This document shows positions 45,360 to 55,069 of a stretch of DNA of 64,000 nt, in pieces. Position 1 is the first letter of the stretch. Each line of letters opens with the position of its first letter. Both the position numbers and the translations under genes were made by a program. Origin of the DNA: a virus; the IMG/VR virus record IMGVR_UViG_3300020048_000018, positions 64,001 through 128,000 of that record; one strand, given 5' to 3'. The notes below the pieces were generated by a model, which worked only from the letters and a program-made list of their open reading frames with translations, had not been told where the DNA came from and ran no database searches.

Positions 45360-46064
45360 TTGAATAATAGTTATACTAAAAAAGCAAAAGATATTGTTCT
45401 TTCAATAAGTAGCAATTTAACACATGACACAATAGAAGAACTTATAGATATATCTATAGATATGTATGAAATGTTTGTTGAAAACTTAGATGAAAGAAAA
45501 GGGATTATTTATCACATGATGGATATTTTACACAAGGATATTCCCTTACAAGCCAAATGCTATTTAATTTCTCATAAGCTTTATGATAAGTTTATTAGAT
45601 TAGTTAAAACAGATTTACGAGAAACAACAACCTCAGGAGCTTTTTCAGGATTTACACCAGAAAATGCATTAAGGGTTTCAAGGCTTGGATATATTTATGC
45701 TAATCCTCAAGACTATCAATATAAATTAAGAGAATCGTCTGAGGATATACTTATACCTTATGATATAAGTCTTGAACACTTTTATTTTACCTATGATAAT
45801 GGGAAAAATCCTAAAGGAAACCCCTCAGACAAAACCCTTTCAGGAGATAAGGAACTAATTGCTAAGGAATCTTTTTCAAATACTTTTCCAGAGGGTTTAG
45901 AGGGACAAGCAGTACGAGTTCTCATAGACTATACTGATATAGTTGAGTTAAGACTTTTAATTACCTTAACTAAATTCTTGGAACTTGAGAAGAAGGTCTA
46001 TGCAAAAACTGTTTTGATATTCAAGGACATTGAAGAAGCAAGAAGTCTTGGTTGGGAAATATAA
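45360..46064 (+). CDS. Hypothetical protein, possibly virion-associated
   Basis: ORF track; ACTAATT at 45332; LRE motifs. Confidence 0.55.
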   Translation: MNNSYTKKAKDIVLSISSNLTHDTIEELIDISIDMYEMFVENLDERKGIIYHMMDILHKDIPLQAKCYLISHKLYDKFIRLVKTDLRETTTSGAFSGFTPENALRVSRLGYIYANPQDYQYKLRESSEDILIPYDISLEHFYFTYDNGKNPKGNPSDKTLSGDKELIAKESFSNTFPEGLEGQAVRVLIDYTDIVELRLLITLTKFLELEKKVYAKTVLIFKDIEEARSLGWEI

Positions 46065-46074
46065 AGGAATTACC

Positions 46075-46374
46075 ATGGGATACAATTACTCAAACTTTTC
46101 AACAGAAAAGAAACAAATTATTAATGATTATATCATGAGATTATTAGATATTTGCTATCCTGAGGGTGATTATCTGGGAGCTGAAGAAACCACCCTAAAA
46201 AATGTTGCTTTAGACCTTGTTTATCATATATTAGATGTTGGCTATAACGAAGAAACACTTCTTGTATATGTTGTAAACTACGTGGATTCCAACTTTGAAA
46301 GCTTCGAAAAAGACCTTATTATTGAGGTATTGATGGATTTAGCAGTAGAATTTAGAAAAAGTACGAATTCTTAA
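46075..46374 (+). CDS. Acidic hypothetical protein
   Basis: ORF track 46030..46374; start moved to ATG 46075 after AAAGGA. Confidence 0.55.
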   Translation: MGYNYSNFSTEKKQIINDYIMRLLDICYPEGDYLGAEETTLKNVALDLVYHILDVGYNEETLLVYVVNYVDSNFESFEKDLIIEVLMDLAVEFRKSTNS

Positions 46375-46420
46375 AATAGTTTTGAACTTTTTCTAAAAAT
46401 GCTATATATTATAAGTGTAA
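46375..46420 (+). promoter_or_regulatory. Class I repeated promoter
   Basis: AATAGTTTTGAACTTTTTCTAAAAATGCTATATATTATAAGTGTAA. Confidence 0.75.
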
Positions 46421-46439
46421 GGTAAAGGGGAATAAAAGA

Positions 46440-46790
46440 ATGGTATATTTTATTGACACAGAGGCACTTTTAACTCTCCAAAAGCTCTTTAATCTCTTTT
46501 CTTACGAAATTATTGGAAAACGGCTAGTTTGCATCAAAAAACTGGATTCGTCCTTCTCACCCCTACAATACAGCAAAAAATACCGGAAAATTACCCTTAA
46601 ACTGTATGGAAAAATCTTTTTGGCTTGGACACCAGAACTTCTTCAGAAAGTGTGCATTGATAGTAATAAACTTGTTACCAAACTTATTGCTGAGTTCGGA
46701 GACTTCACAAAAGATCCTGCTTGGGATTCCATAGACACCCTTGACAGGCTAACCCTTACTGATATTGCAAAGTCAACCATGACTAAATGA
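46440..46790 (+). CDS. Hypothetical protein
   Basis: ORF track; single early-type gene inside late region. Confidence 0.6.
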   Translation: MVYFIDTEALLTLQKLFNLFSYEIIGKRLVCIKKLDSSFSPLQYSKKYRKITLKLYGKIFLAWTPELLQKVCIDSNKLVTKLIAEFGDFTKDPAWDSIDTLDRLTLTDIAKSTMTK

Positions 46791-46830
46791 GAAAAAAGAC
46801 TTGTTGAGTCTTCTAAAATACTTCGCAACG

Positions 46831-46900
46831 GGGAGGAATCAAAAGGGTTCCTCCCTTTTCTTTTTTAAAATAAAAAAGAGGAACTTTTTCAAGTTCCTCT
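46831..46900. terminator. Back-to-back terminators for convergent genes
   Basis: GGGAGGAATC-AAAAG-GGTTCCTCCC + T run; A run + AGAGGAACT-TTTTCA-AGTTCCTCT. Confidence 0.8.
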
Positions 46901-46905
46901 CCTTT

Positions 46906-48321
46906 CTAATTTGCTTTTCCAAAAAGCTGTTGGTAAACATTTGCAAGTGATTTTCCAGAGTTGCCCCCAGATAGTGCAGTCTGTAAATATCCGTTTCTTT
47001 CTAATTGGATGGCTAACGCTCTTTTAATATTACTAAAAAGATTCATAATATGTTCTTTGTTTTTACTTCTACTTATATAGGAATTCAACTTAATGATTTC
47101 TTGATTAGCAGTTAGTTTAATGTACAGACTATTTAAAACCGAGTTAACGGTATTAGAAGCGGCAACATCAGAAGAAACCTTTCGACCGGTCTCAGAGTCT
47201 ATTATCAATCCATTTTCTGCTTGACCTATAGTATTTCTTAAGGAAATATATATTTCATTCGGGTTTTGAATAGACTTTAAAAAACTGGATTCTCCAATAA
47301 CATTTCCACCTTTTTCAATAACAGGAACCTTAAAATTATTTATCAGTTTAGCTAACTGAGTATAAAGACCTTTTGTTGAAGTCTCAGTTAATTTTTTTTT
47401 TGACTCTGCAAGTAAGCAGAGTGCATCAATGATATTTCCATTAGTTTCTTTTAAGGCTTGCTTGTTTGAGGTTTCATCGAAACCAAATCTATCACACACA
47501 AACTCAAAAAGACCCTCATCGGATGGCTTTTCCTCATTAGAGTAATAGTCATCAAAACTTGCTTCGTAAGCTTCATCACTATAGTCATTATAATAAGGGG
47601 GTTCTAAATCAATATCATTGCTAAAATCAACTTCATTGTCGTTATCTATCATAACATTATCTTGGTCATAAATAATTGAATTAATAGTTTCTTCAATTAT
47701 ATATCTATCTGTTTCTACCCCTGCTGAAATTACCATATCAACAAGTTCATCAACTTCCATAGTTCCTACATAAGGGCTTATGATGTTTAAAATCTCAAGG
47801 TCAGCATCATAGAGTGAGTCCTGTATAGCCCCAGTGTAATCATATGATTCAAGAGTATCTTCCATAACGGCATCTGCAATCTCAGTTGATTCTTGCATGG
47901 ATTGTGCTTTATCATTTAGATAGTTTGTAAGAATTTTGGTTTCTGAGGAAGTTCCACTATTAACTTGTGCCTGTAGTAAAGCCGCATCAATCTTAGATTT
48001 AACTTCGGTTTCATTTTTCTTAGCATCATCGCCTAAAGATGAAATGATTGCTTGGGTAATCTTATCTTTATCAGTAGTAGATGCACTTGAAATTTTATTT
48101 ACATCAAGTCGCCCCATCATGGCATCGATAGAATCCTCAAGTTCCTCATTTAACTTTTTCCCAGTTAGTTTAACTTCACTTAGCTTATTCAAGCTAATCC
48201 ATTTTCTGGATTCATTAATAACGATTTTTTCACCATTCTTTTCAGAGATATAACCGTTAAAAGAGGTTCCAGTTTTAGTAGTTGCAGAAACTGTTTGTCC
48301 ATTTAAATATTTTTTCAACAT
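46906..48321 (-). CDS. Large acidic protein with UBA-like motif and LxE motifs (possible internal virion protein)
   Basis: FGFDETSNKQALKETNGNIIDALCLL; LNE, LKE, LAE, LTE, MQE motifs. Confidence 0.6.
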   Translation of the reverse strand: MLKKYLNGQTVSATTKTGTSFNGYISEKNGEKIVINESRKWISLNKLSEVKLTGKKLNEELEDSIDAMMGRLDVNKISSASTTDKDKITQAIISSLGDDAKKNETEVKSKIDAALLQAQVNSGTSSETKILTNYLNDKAQSMQESTEIADAVMEDTLESYDYTGAIQDSLYDADLEILNIISPYVGTMEVDELVDMVISAGVETDRYIIEETINSIIYDQDNVMIDNDNEVDFSNDIDLEPPYYNDYSDEAYEASFDDYYSNEEKPSDEGLFEFVCDRFGFDETSNKQALKETNGNIIDALCLLAESKKKLTETSTKGLYTQLAKLINNFKVPVIEKGGNVIGESSFLKSIQNPNEIYISLRNTIGQAENGLIIDSETGRKVSSDVAASNTVNSVLNSLYIKLTANQEIIKLNSYISRSKNKEHIMNLFSNIKRALAIQLERNGYLQTALSGGNSGKSLANVYQQLFGKAN

Positions 48322-48375
48322 AGCGTTTTAGTCCTTAAACAAGAGATATATAGTTAGTTGTATATCTTTTATTAG

Positions 48376-48741
48376 TTAATTATTCGTATTTTTAAAAGTA
48401 TCAGAGGTTTTATCGAACTCTAACGTAGCTTTTCTTGAAAAAATAGCAGACGATTTAATTCCTTTCTCAATCTTACCATCAGGAAGTCTTCTAAGAACAA
48501 GAGCAACAAATCCATTCTCAGGTTTTGAATAAGAAAAATCTAAGTTTAAATCCGTACCACCTAAGTCTTTAGGTAACTGTACCGTCCTTTCATCAACTGC
48601 CAGACATTCAATAGCTACTGCTTTATCTAAAGGTAGATTGGATAAAAACTCTTGAAAAGATTTAGTTATTCCATGAGCTAATAGAATATCATTTTCAATA
48701 TTCTTTTTAAATCTTTCTTTTTTTTCTTTTCTTTGACTCAT
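48376..48741 (-). CDS. Hypothetical protein
   Basis: ORF track. Confidence 0.55.
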   Translation of the reverse strand: MSQRKEKKERFKKNIENDILLAHGITKSFQEFLSNLPLDKAVAIECLAVDERTVQLPKDLGGTDLNLDFSYSKPENGFVALVLRRLPDGKIEKGIKSSAIFSRKATLEFDKTSDTFKNTNN

Positions 48742-49272
48742 TTAAGTCCCGTCCTTTGGCTTTCTTGTTTCTTCATCATACTCAAGGGTTGCATATAGTC
48801 TACTGCAATCTTCTTTTATCATAGGTTTTCCACCTTTAACAAAAATAAAGTTTGCCATACCATCTTCATCAATAAAACCATTCTCTTCCAAGTAGTCAGA
48901 TAGAATATTTAATCCGTCAGAACCTTCTAATACTCCGAAAAATACTTCAATAAGAATTTTCATACTTAAAAAATATTTTCCCTCTACGTATTGTATAAGA
49001 GAAGACCTTGAACCCTCTTGCACAGTACCCATTACAAGAATTGTCTTAAAATCAAATTTTTTGCATAGGTCAACAAGCTCTTCCATGTTTAACCCATTAG
49101 AAAACATTGTCCATGTGTTTATAATCTTAAAGTCAGTATCACTCATAGATAAAAACTTGCTGATTAAAAGGCTATACATCCTAACTACTTCTTCATATAC
49201 GTCAAGAGTCTTACTAGCCTGTTCGTTGAAAATTTCATTTTGTGTTTTTTCTTTCTTCTTAAAAAATCCCAT
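48742..49272 (-). CDS. Hypothetical protein
   Basis: ORF track. Confidence 0.55.
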   Translation of the reverse strand: MGFFKKKEKTQNEIFNEQASKTLDVYEEVVRMYSLLISKFLSMSDTDFKIINTWTMFSNGLNMEELVDLCKKFDFKTILVMGTVQEGSRSSLIQYVEGKYFLSMKILIEVFFGVLEGSDGLNILSDYLEENGFIDEDGMANFIFVKGGKPMIKEDCSRLYATLEYDEETRKPKDGT

Positions 49273-49627
49273 CTTTTAACCTTCTTCTGAGGATATTCTG
49301 ATGTGTCCCAGACCCTTCTCGTCTACTCCAAGCAATATCATAATCAGTATTTTTTGTACAAAAGGAATCACGTTCTTCATCAGAGTCAAATCCCCCAAGA
49401 GTTTGGAACCTTTTCACATGATTTCTTGGTGAATCTTTCATATGTACTACAATTACATCTTCATAATTCTGTCTATCCAGATATTGCTGAACCAACAAAT
49501 CTGCACCTTCGTAATCACAGACATATATTGTATCTTCATTAATCATTGCCAAATTCAATTCTATGTAATAATGAAGATTAAACTCTTTCATGGTCAAATC
49601 TCTATGACCTGATACAAAAACTTTCAT
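49259..49627 (-). CDS. SLOG-superfamily-like protein
   Basis: VFVSGHR, CDYEGAD, RD, DYDIAW..GSGTHQNI.R pattern. Confidence 0.55.
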   Translation of the reverse strand: MKVFVSGHRDLTMKEFNLHYYIELNLAMINEDTIYVCDYEGADLLVQQYLDRQNYEDVIVVHMKDSPRNHVKRFQTLGGFDSDEERDSFCTKNTDYDIAWSRREGSGTHQNILRRRLKDGIF

Positions 49628-49681
49628 ATATTGTTCCTCTCATATTCAGATACATAAGGAGTTACACAAAAAGGTTTTTGT

Positions 49682-50215
49682 TTAGGTTTTGATTTTCGAA
49701 ATAACTTGTTCAACAACACTATTATAACCTTCTTCATTTCCTTCTATCTCCCTAAATCTAATCCAGTTTTCATTCAAGAATGTTTTAATTGTCTTAGCAA
49801 TCTGGTCACTTTCATCCTCAGTTTGAAAACGTCCTACAGGATTATACTCTTTAACTCTCTTTACAAAAAAGTTTAAGTTATTATAAGTATTAAATACCTC
49901 TAAAACTAATGCGTCAAACTTGGTTTTAAGCTGACCTTCATAAGGATTATATATGCTTGAAACATACAAGGGTGCATCCGTTATAATTACATCTACTTTA
50001 CCAGATGCTCGGCTTATCTTAAACGATTGTTTACCAAATATGTAGAGCTGATTTTCGAATACGGCTTTTGTATCTTCCCACTGTTTATCTTTGCAAAATT
50101 CACTCACATACTCACAATTAATCCCTGCCATTTTAAGCTTAGAAAAAATATAGGCTGACCCTGTACTTTTCCCTGCTCCCGGTTGTCCTGACAAATTCAC
50201 AATTAATGTTTCCAT
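49682..50215 (-). CDS. P-loop nucleotide kinase-like ATPase (AAA_28/NadR-like)
   Basis: NLSGQPGAGKST, VSEF.KD, IITDAP, GRFQ.E.E; start moved from 50239 to 50215. Confidence 0.7.
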   Translation of the reverse strand: METLIVNLSGQPGAGKSTGSAYIFSKLKMAGINCEYVSEFCKDKQWEDTKAVFENQLYIFGKQSFKISRASGKVDVIITDAPLYVSSIYNPYEGQLKTKFDALVLEVFNTYNNLNFFVKRVKEYNPVGRFQTEDESDQIAKTIKTFLNENWIRFREIEGNEEGYNSVVEQVISKIKT

Positions 50216-50216
50216 T

Positions 50217-51167
50217 CTACACCCTCCACATCTTTTCAATTATTTTTTCAAACTTATATATCTCAGATTTTGAGAAATTATATTTAGATACCACATTAGA
50301 ATAAAAGAAGTCTAATGGTTCATTCCTATTTTCTTCACTCATTGCACAATAGTCTGCACACATCTCTACAAGAGAGTAATCATCTATTGGTTCTGTCCTA
50401 TCAGTAAACTTCCAATAATCAGGATGATGTTTATTCTCTATTCTATGAATAGAAGTAGCTTGTTTTAAGATAACCGAAAGTTCATTTCTTGTTGCATCAT
50501 CCATGTAAGGTAAAAATTGTTCTCTACCAAATTTGCATCGCATCTTTTCAGTAAGCAAAGCATATTCTACGATTATTTCTCTACTAAACTTATGACTATC
50601 ATGTTTTATTACGGTATTGTATAGTTCCTCAAAATCCATTTTCTCAACAAAATCTTTTCCGAAACCTGTTTCATCAAGTTTTATATCAGCAATAAACTTC
50701 TTGGTGAATTTGATAACTCGTTGAATATGATTAATTGTCCTATAGTAAAAGTATTCCCGCATATCGTCAGTTATGAGCTGTGTTAAAGGGTTTCTATTAT
50801 TTCGAGGGTTTGAAAAGTTCCTGAGACTTACATAATAAGGAATGAATCTCCAATCAATATTAAGTAGGCAGTTATCATCAATGCAGGTATCTCCAAAAGC
50901 TTTTGGATAGGGCTTATATTCAAGGTAAGGACAATTCTCATTAATCTTATCATACTTAACACCATTATTGGTTAGGAAGTTTTTCACATCTTCAATATGT
51001 TCGTCCATGAATCTTGCAGTCCAGATAATAATGTAGTATCCATCATCATGTAATTTATTTATAGCTTCTTTTGCATAGGGCTTTAATTTCCCTGTTTCGC
51101 AGGAGAAGGGCCAACTTTCAGTTGCACAGGTATCGTCAAAGTCTATGAGTAAAACTTGAGGTCTCAT
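50217..51167 (-). CDS. Fusion of HAD-like phosphatase and HD-like (DUF5662-like) domain
   Basis: IDFDDT, IIWTAR, INEN, CIDD; then T..HI..V, HDSHKF, HR..NKHHPDYW, LVEMCAD; start moved to 51167. Confidence 0.7.
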   Translation of the reverse strand: MRPQVLLIDFDDTCATESWPFSCETGKLKPYAKEAINKLHDDGYYIIIWTARFMDEHIEDVKNFLTNNGVKYDKINENCPYLEYKPYPKAFGDTCIDDNCLLNIDWRFIPYYVSLRNFSNPRNNRNPLTQLITDDMREYFYYRTINHIQRVIKFTKKFIADIKLDETGFGKDFVEKMDFEELYNTVIKHDSHKFSREIIVEYALLTEKMRCKFGREQFLPYMDDATRNELSVILKQATSIHRIENKHHPDYWKFTDRTEPIDDYSLVEMCADYCAMSEENRNEPLDFFYSNVVSKYNFSKSEIYKFEKIIEKMWRV

Positions 51168-51535
51168 TTTGGTTTCCTTTTTGGTATAAACTTCTTTGTA
51201 GAAGTCTCTTTCAATTCCTTTATCCATTGAATCTTCTTTGACTCAAATACCCTACTATTATACATTGTAATACAAGATTCTTCTCTTAACAAGAACAGAT
51301 TAAAAGCACAAAGCATCTTGTAGTGGTTATCACCTTTTGCATGTATTTTACACAATAAATAGTGAGCAAGGAAATGTTCTCTAGGGGTTAGTAAAACTAA
51401 GTTAGCCTTGGTGTTTTTCCCACCAAGACTTCTAGGCTTAATGTGATGTTCTTCGTAATAGACACCCTTATATTTTTCTCTTTTAAGGGTTTTAATAAAC
51501 TTCACATAATCGGTATAATTTTTTTTATAATTCAT
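51164..51535 (-). mobile_element. Short free-standing HNH endonuclease
   Basis: YYEEHHIKPRSLGG.N...NLVLLTPREHFLAH.LL. Confidence 0.85.
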
Positions 51536-51553
51536 ATGTAAAGTTTAGTATTA

Positions 51554-51883
51554 CTATTCAGTTTTCACAATAATAGGAACTTCTGAGATTCCAACCTTAT
51601 TGAAACGTCTAAACCATTTCATATAAATTTTCCAGTCTTCTTTAAGTTCCTCAGTAATTTCTCTTTTTGTTTCAACTTCTGGAACAACTGGCTGATCAGG
51701 TGTAGCAACCTCTGATTCTTTCAAAGCCTTTTTTTCAATGTAATACTTTTCGAGAAACTTTTTAATACCTTCCTGATCTGCGTCAGTAGCATTAGAAAAA
51801 TCAATCCCCTCAATAAGTGTTCCATTTTCTGTTGTGATAAAAACTTTTCTCTTTTTACCTGTGTACATAAACTCTCTTAACAT
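51554..51883 (-). CDS. Hypothetical protein (Sm-like YTGKKRKVF pattern)
   Basis: ORF track; AGGAGG RBS. Confidence 0.55.
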   Translation of the reverse strand: MLREFMYTGKKRKVFITTENGTLIEGIDFSNATDADQEGIKKFLEKYYIEKKALKESEVATPDQPVVPEVETKREITEELKEDWKIYMKWFRRFNKVGISEVPIIVKTE

Positions 51884-51904
51884 ATAAATACCTCCTATGT
51901 ATTT

Positions 51905-52147
51905 TCATTTATACAAACTTTTCACTGTTACCTTTGGTTTTTTAATTTTCTTTGGTTCCACAAAATATTCTATTTTGCACTCTTTACATTTCCAAATATT
52001 TTTCTTCCTTGATAACTTAGAGGGTTTCTTTAAGTACAGAAAGCATTTAGGACAAACCTTAAACTTAATTATAATAGCCTTGAAAATAAGTATAAGAACT
52101 GAGAAAAAAACCGAACTTAACCCTAATTCTAATAAAAACAATTCCAT
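51905..52147 (-). CDS. Small TM + Zn-ribbon protein
   Basis: Hydrophobic N-terminus, CPKC...CKEC; start moved to 52147 after GGGAGG. Confidence 0.5.
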   Translation of the reverse strand: MELFLLELGLSSVFFSVLILIFKAIIIKFKVCPKCFLYLKKPSKLSRKKNIWKCKECKIEYFVEPKKIKKPKVTVKSLYK

Positions 52148-52181
52148 AACTAACCCTCCCTGTAAGAGAGTTAGTAGAAGA

Positions 52182-54038
52182 TTATATTGAATCGTAGGAA
52201 AAAACAAGTTCCTTTAATACATCTTTTCTTAATTGGGAGTCCTTACCAAACCAAAGATTTAATGAACTCTCAGTATCATCATCCAATTCGAAAGTTTGAA
52301 TCATTGTATCTAAACCGTCTTTTGCAATAATAAACTGCAAATCAGTTTTCTTCCAAGAACCTAAACCTTTTGAGTAGTATACCGGAGGTTTCAAATCCTT
52401 TCCATCTTTCATGGAGTAAACCCATTTGTCAGGTTTTCCATCCTTACCTTTCGTATTCATAATTGGGGTATTAAGAAATCGAATCTTACCTTCCCTTAAA
52501 AGAGTTTTTGCAAACCTGAAAAAGAAGGCTATAAGTAATCCACGAATATGAAGACCATCCGTATCTTGGTCGGAAGCAATAAGAACATAATCAAATTCCA
52601 TAGTGGTATTGTCATCTTTTGACATACTAATACCCATAATAGAACATACATTAATAAGCTCTTCATTTGCAACTAGGTCTTTCATCTTTGCTTCATAAAC
52701 ACTTAAAGGTTTTCCTCTCAAGGGGAAGTACCCATAGTCCTGTCTCCCTAAAATATCAGAAAGTGAGTTTGAAGCGGAATCCCCTTCAGTAAGTACAATG
52801 TACTTATTTTTATTAATACTTGGTAAATATTTTGGAATTATTTTTTTCTTATTTACTTTCTCTGCGGAACTAAGTTCTTTTCGTAAAGCAAACTCTTCTT
52901 TAATCTTAAAGTTTTCTTCAATAGAAAATAGAATATCTTTATTCTTCAATAATTGGGAACCCAGTTTATCCAGATCAATCCCTGTTAAATAATCCTTAAC
53001 TTCTGGTATTGAATTTGATAAAAATTCTTTTGTTTGTGAATCAAATCTCATATTAATAAAATCATTAAAAAATGCAAATACAAAAAGTTTGTTTTTAATA
53101 TCAGAAGGTTTTATTGTCTTATATTTCTTTTCCAACTTTACCTTCAAGAAGTTTACCACATAACTTGAAATGTAATCAAGATGTATTCCTCCTTTAGAAA
53201 GATAGAGTGCATTTACATAAGAAAGAAATTTAAACTCTTCGGCAGAACCTACTGCAATAGTTACCTTATCATTTGAGATAGTCTCAAAGTTTGACATGAA
53301 GTAAGATAGGAACTGTTTATCTTTACAGGAAGGAATCTTTTCTCCGTTGAAGGTAAAACTGATGCCCGGGTGTATAAAACTTAGAAATACTAATCTGCTA
53401 TAAATAACATCTGAGTATATTGAAGAAAAGCCTTTAATCTTAAACCTTACAAAGTCTGGAGTAAAGGTAACAGTTGTACCCTTTTTTATAGAGGAGGTAA
53501 CTTTAACTGTATGAGAAGAATTATTATCTTTAACTTTTAACTTAAGTTGATTCTCACCATCAGAGGTAGTTACCTCAAAAAGTTTTGACCATATGCATGT
53601 TAAAGATGCGCCTATTCCATTGACGCCAATTGAGTTTCTATCATCATCACTAAAATTACTTCCAGCTTTCAGCTCTGTAAACATAGCTTCTGGAATATAC
53701 TTCTCAGAACCTTTAAGGATTTTAACTGGTATCCCTCTACCATTATCCTCAATTGTTATTGAGGTTTGATCTATTGTAATTTTTATTTTATTTGAAAACT
53801 TCTTACCAGACTTTGTGTATTCATCAATAGAGTTATCTAAAACCTCATCAATCATTTTTCTAAGTCCCGGTATATAAGAAACCTTCTTCATCTCAAACTT
53901 AGTTTCTTTTCTGTTAAAAAGATATTCTTCAATCTCATTGATATCTACAGAACCTAAATAGGTATTAGGTCTGAGCAAAACATGTTCTACGTCAGACAAT
54001 ATTCTATAATCATCTTCTCTATTTTGTTCTTTTTTCAT
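52182..54038 (-). CDS. Type IIA DNA topoisomerase, ATPase/TOPRIM subunit (T4 gp39+60-like)
   Basis: EHVLLRP..YLGS, EVLDNSID, DNGRGIP, AGSNF, G.NGIGA, LTEGDSA, PLRGKPL, DQDTDG.HI, YSKGLGS; start moved from 54089 to 54038. Confidence 0.93.
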   Translation of the reverse strand: MKKEQNREDDYRILSDVEHVLLRPNTYLGSVDINEIEEYLFNRKETKFEMKKVSYIPGLRKMIDEVLDNSIDEYTKSGKKFSNKIKITIDQTSITIEDNGRGIPVKILKGSEKYIPEAMFTELKAGSNFSDDDRNSIGVNGIGASLTCIWSKLFEVTTSDGENQLKLKVKDNNSSHTVKVTSSIKKGTTVTFTPDFVRFKIKGFSSIYSDVIYSRLVFLSFIHPGISFTFNGEKIPSCKDKQFLSYFMSNFETISNDKVTIAVGSAEEFKFLSYVNALYLSKGGIHLDYISSYVVNFLKVKLEKKYKTIKPSDIKNKLFVFAFFNDFINMRFDSQTKEFLSNSIPEVKDYLTGIDLDKLGSQLLKNKDILFSIEENFKIKEEFALRKELSSAEKVNKKKIIPKYLPSINKNKYIVLTEGDSASNSLSDILGRQDYGYFPLRGKPLSVYEAKMKDLVANEELINVCSIMGISMSKDDNTTMEFDYVLIASDQDTDGLHIRGLLIAFFFRFAKTLLREGKIRFLNTPIMNTKGKDGKPDKWVYSMKDGKDLKPPVYYSKGLGSWKKTDLQFIIAKDGLDTMIQTFELDDDTESSLNLWFGKDSQLRKDVLKELVFSYDSI

Positions 54039-54045
54039 AACTAAC

Positions 54046-54471
54046 TCATCCCCAATTAGGTAATATTCCATGCTTAATTTGGAACTCAATATTATTGTCT
54101 TTCAAAGCAGTTATTATATCTTCAAGATCTACTTCACTTGCCCTATCAGGTATATCAAGAAACTTATCACAATCCCCTTCAATCCAAAAATGAAACTTAT
54201 TCTTTTCATTGAATACAATATAGTTTGGTATATATTCATCGAGTGACGTGTAAGTATCCTCAAAATTATTTTCTTCTAGAAAATTGCTTATATCAAAATC
54301 TACGAAAACTTTCCTAGTTAGTGAACCTCTTCGTCCTCCACAAGAGGAGCAGAACGGTGTATTTATTTTTTTCCCACAACCTTCACAAACACTTAATTCC
54401 TCTTCTGTCTCAATTTTTTTGGATACAATTTTTATGGCTGTTCCAACGTACACACTAAAATTACTTCCCAT
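54046..54471 (-). CDS. Hypothetical Zn-ribbon protein (CEGC...CSSC)
   Basis: ORF track. Confidence 0.55.
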   Translation of the reverse strand: MGSNFSVYVGTAIKIVSKKIETEEELSVCEGCGKKINTPFCSSCGGRRGSLTRKVFVDFDISNFLEENNFEDTYTSLDEYIPNYIVFNEKNKFHFWIEGDCDKFLDIPDRASEVDLEDIITALKDNNIEFQIKHGILPNWG

Positions 54472-54504
54472 AGTATTTTCCTTCTTATCTTAGATATATT
54501 AACA

Positions 54505-54537
54505 AAAAAATAGAAACCCTAAGGTTTCTATTCTTTT
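54505..54537. terminator. Intrinsic terminator
   Basis: AATAGAAACC-CTAA-GGTTTCTATT with flanking A/T runs. Confidence 0.75.
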
Positions 54538-54541
54538 ATTT

Positions 54542-54796
54542 TTAATCTAGGTCATTACACCAGATTGGAGTTTGTTCTCCCATATAAGCATCACCAATAT
54601 TAAAATCAAAGAACTCAAGAGCATCATCATAGGACATATCATCACGGGACATAAAAACATTTAATACTGCCTGTATAGAGTATATTATCCTTCTTGACCG
54701 AGTTTCTACTCCAAGAATCGCATCATCCAATCCCTCTGCAAATAAAGTTGTTTCATCTAAATCAAAGGATTCAAGAATCTTTTCTTTAGTTATCAT
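54542..54796 (-). CDS. Small conserved-type phage hypothetical protein
   Basis: GLDDAILG...IIYS......MSYDDALEFFDFNI..AYMGE.TP. Confidence 0.65.
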   Translation of the reverse strand: MITKEKILESFDLDETTLFAEGLDDAILGVETRSRRIIYSIQAVLNVFMSRDDMSYDDALEFFDFNIGDAYMGEQTPIWCNDLD

Positions 54797-55068
54797 AGCG
54801 GTTTTTCTTCATAGATAGGAATAATTTCTACTTTTCCAAACTCACCAGAGTCTTGAAACTTTTTAAGTAAATCATTAATGCACTGTAAGCAGTAGATATA
54901 ATGAGTTTCATGAACTTTACCATCAGTGTGCTTTGTAGCAAAGTTTAGACACACTGAACCGTTGGTTATATCTTCATGTTTTTGACATCTAAGTTTAAAG
55001 TTCTTAAACTCTTTTTTTCCATCCGAGATAGATTGTTCTGTTTCAATCCTAGTTACATTTTCATCCAT
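54793..55068 (-). CDS. Hypothetical Zn-binding protein (C..H...C..C)
   Basis: ORF track 54793..55185; start moved to 55068. Confidence 0.55.
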   Translation of the reverse strand: MDENVTRIETEQSISDGKKEFKNFKLRCQKHEDITNGSVCLNFATKHTDGKVHETHYIYCLQCINDLLKKFQDSGEFGKVEIIPIYEEKPL

Positions 55069-55069
55069 A

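Noticed and set aside
51164-51227. Programmed frameshift fusing the HNH ORF to the HAD-HD ORF
   Set aside because: The overlap is explained by a later start (ATG at 51167) overlapping the HNH stop; the extra 20 residues in the track are probably not translated.
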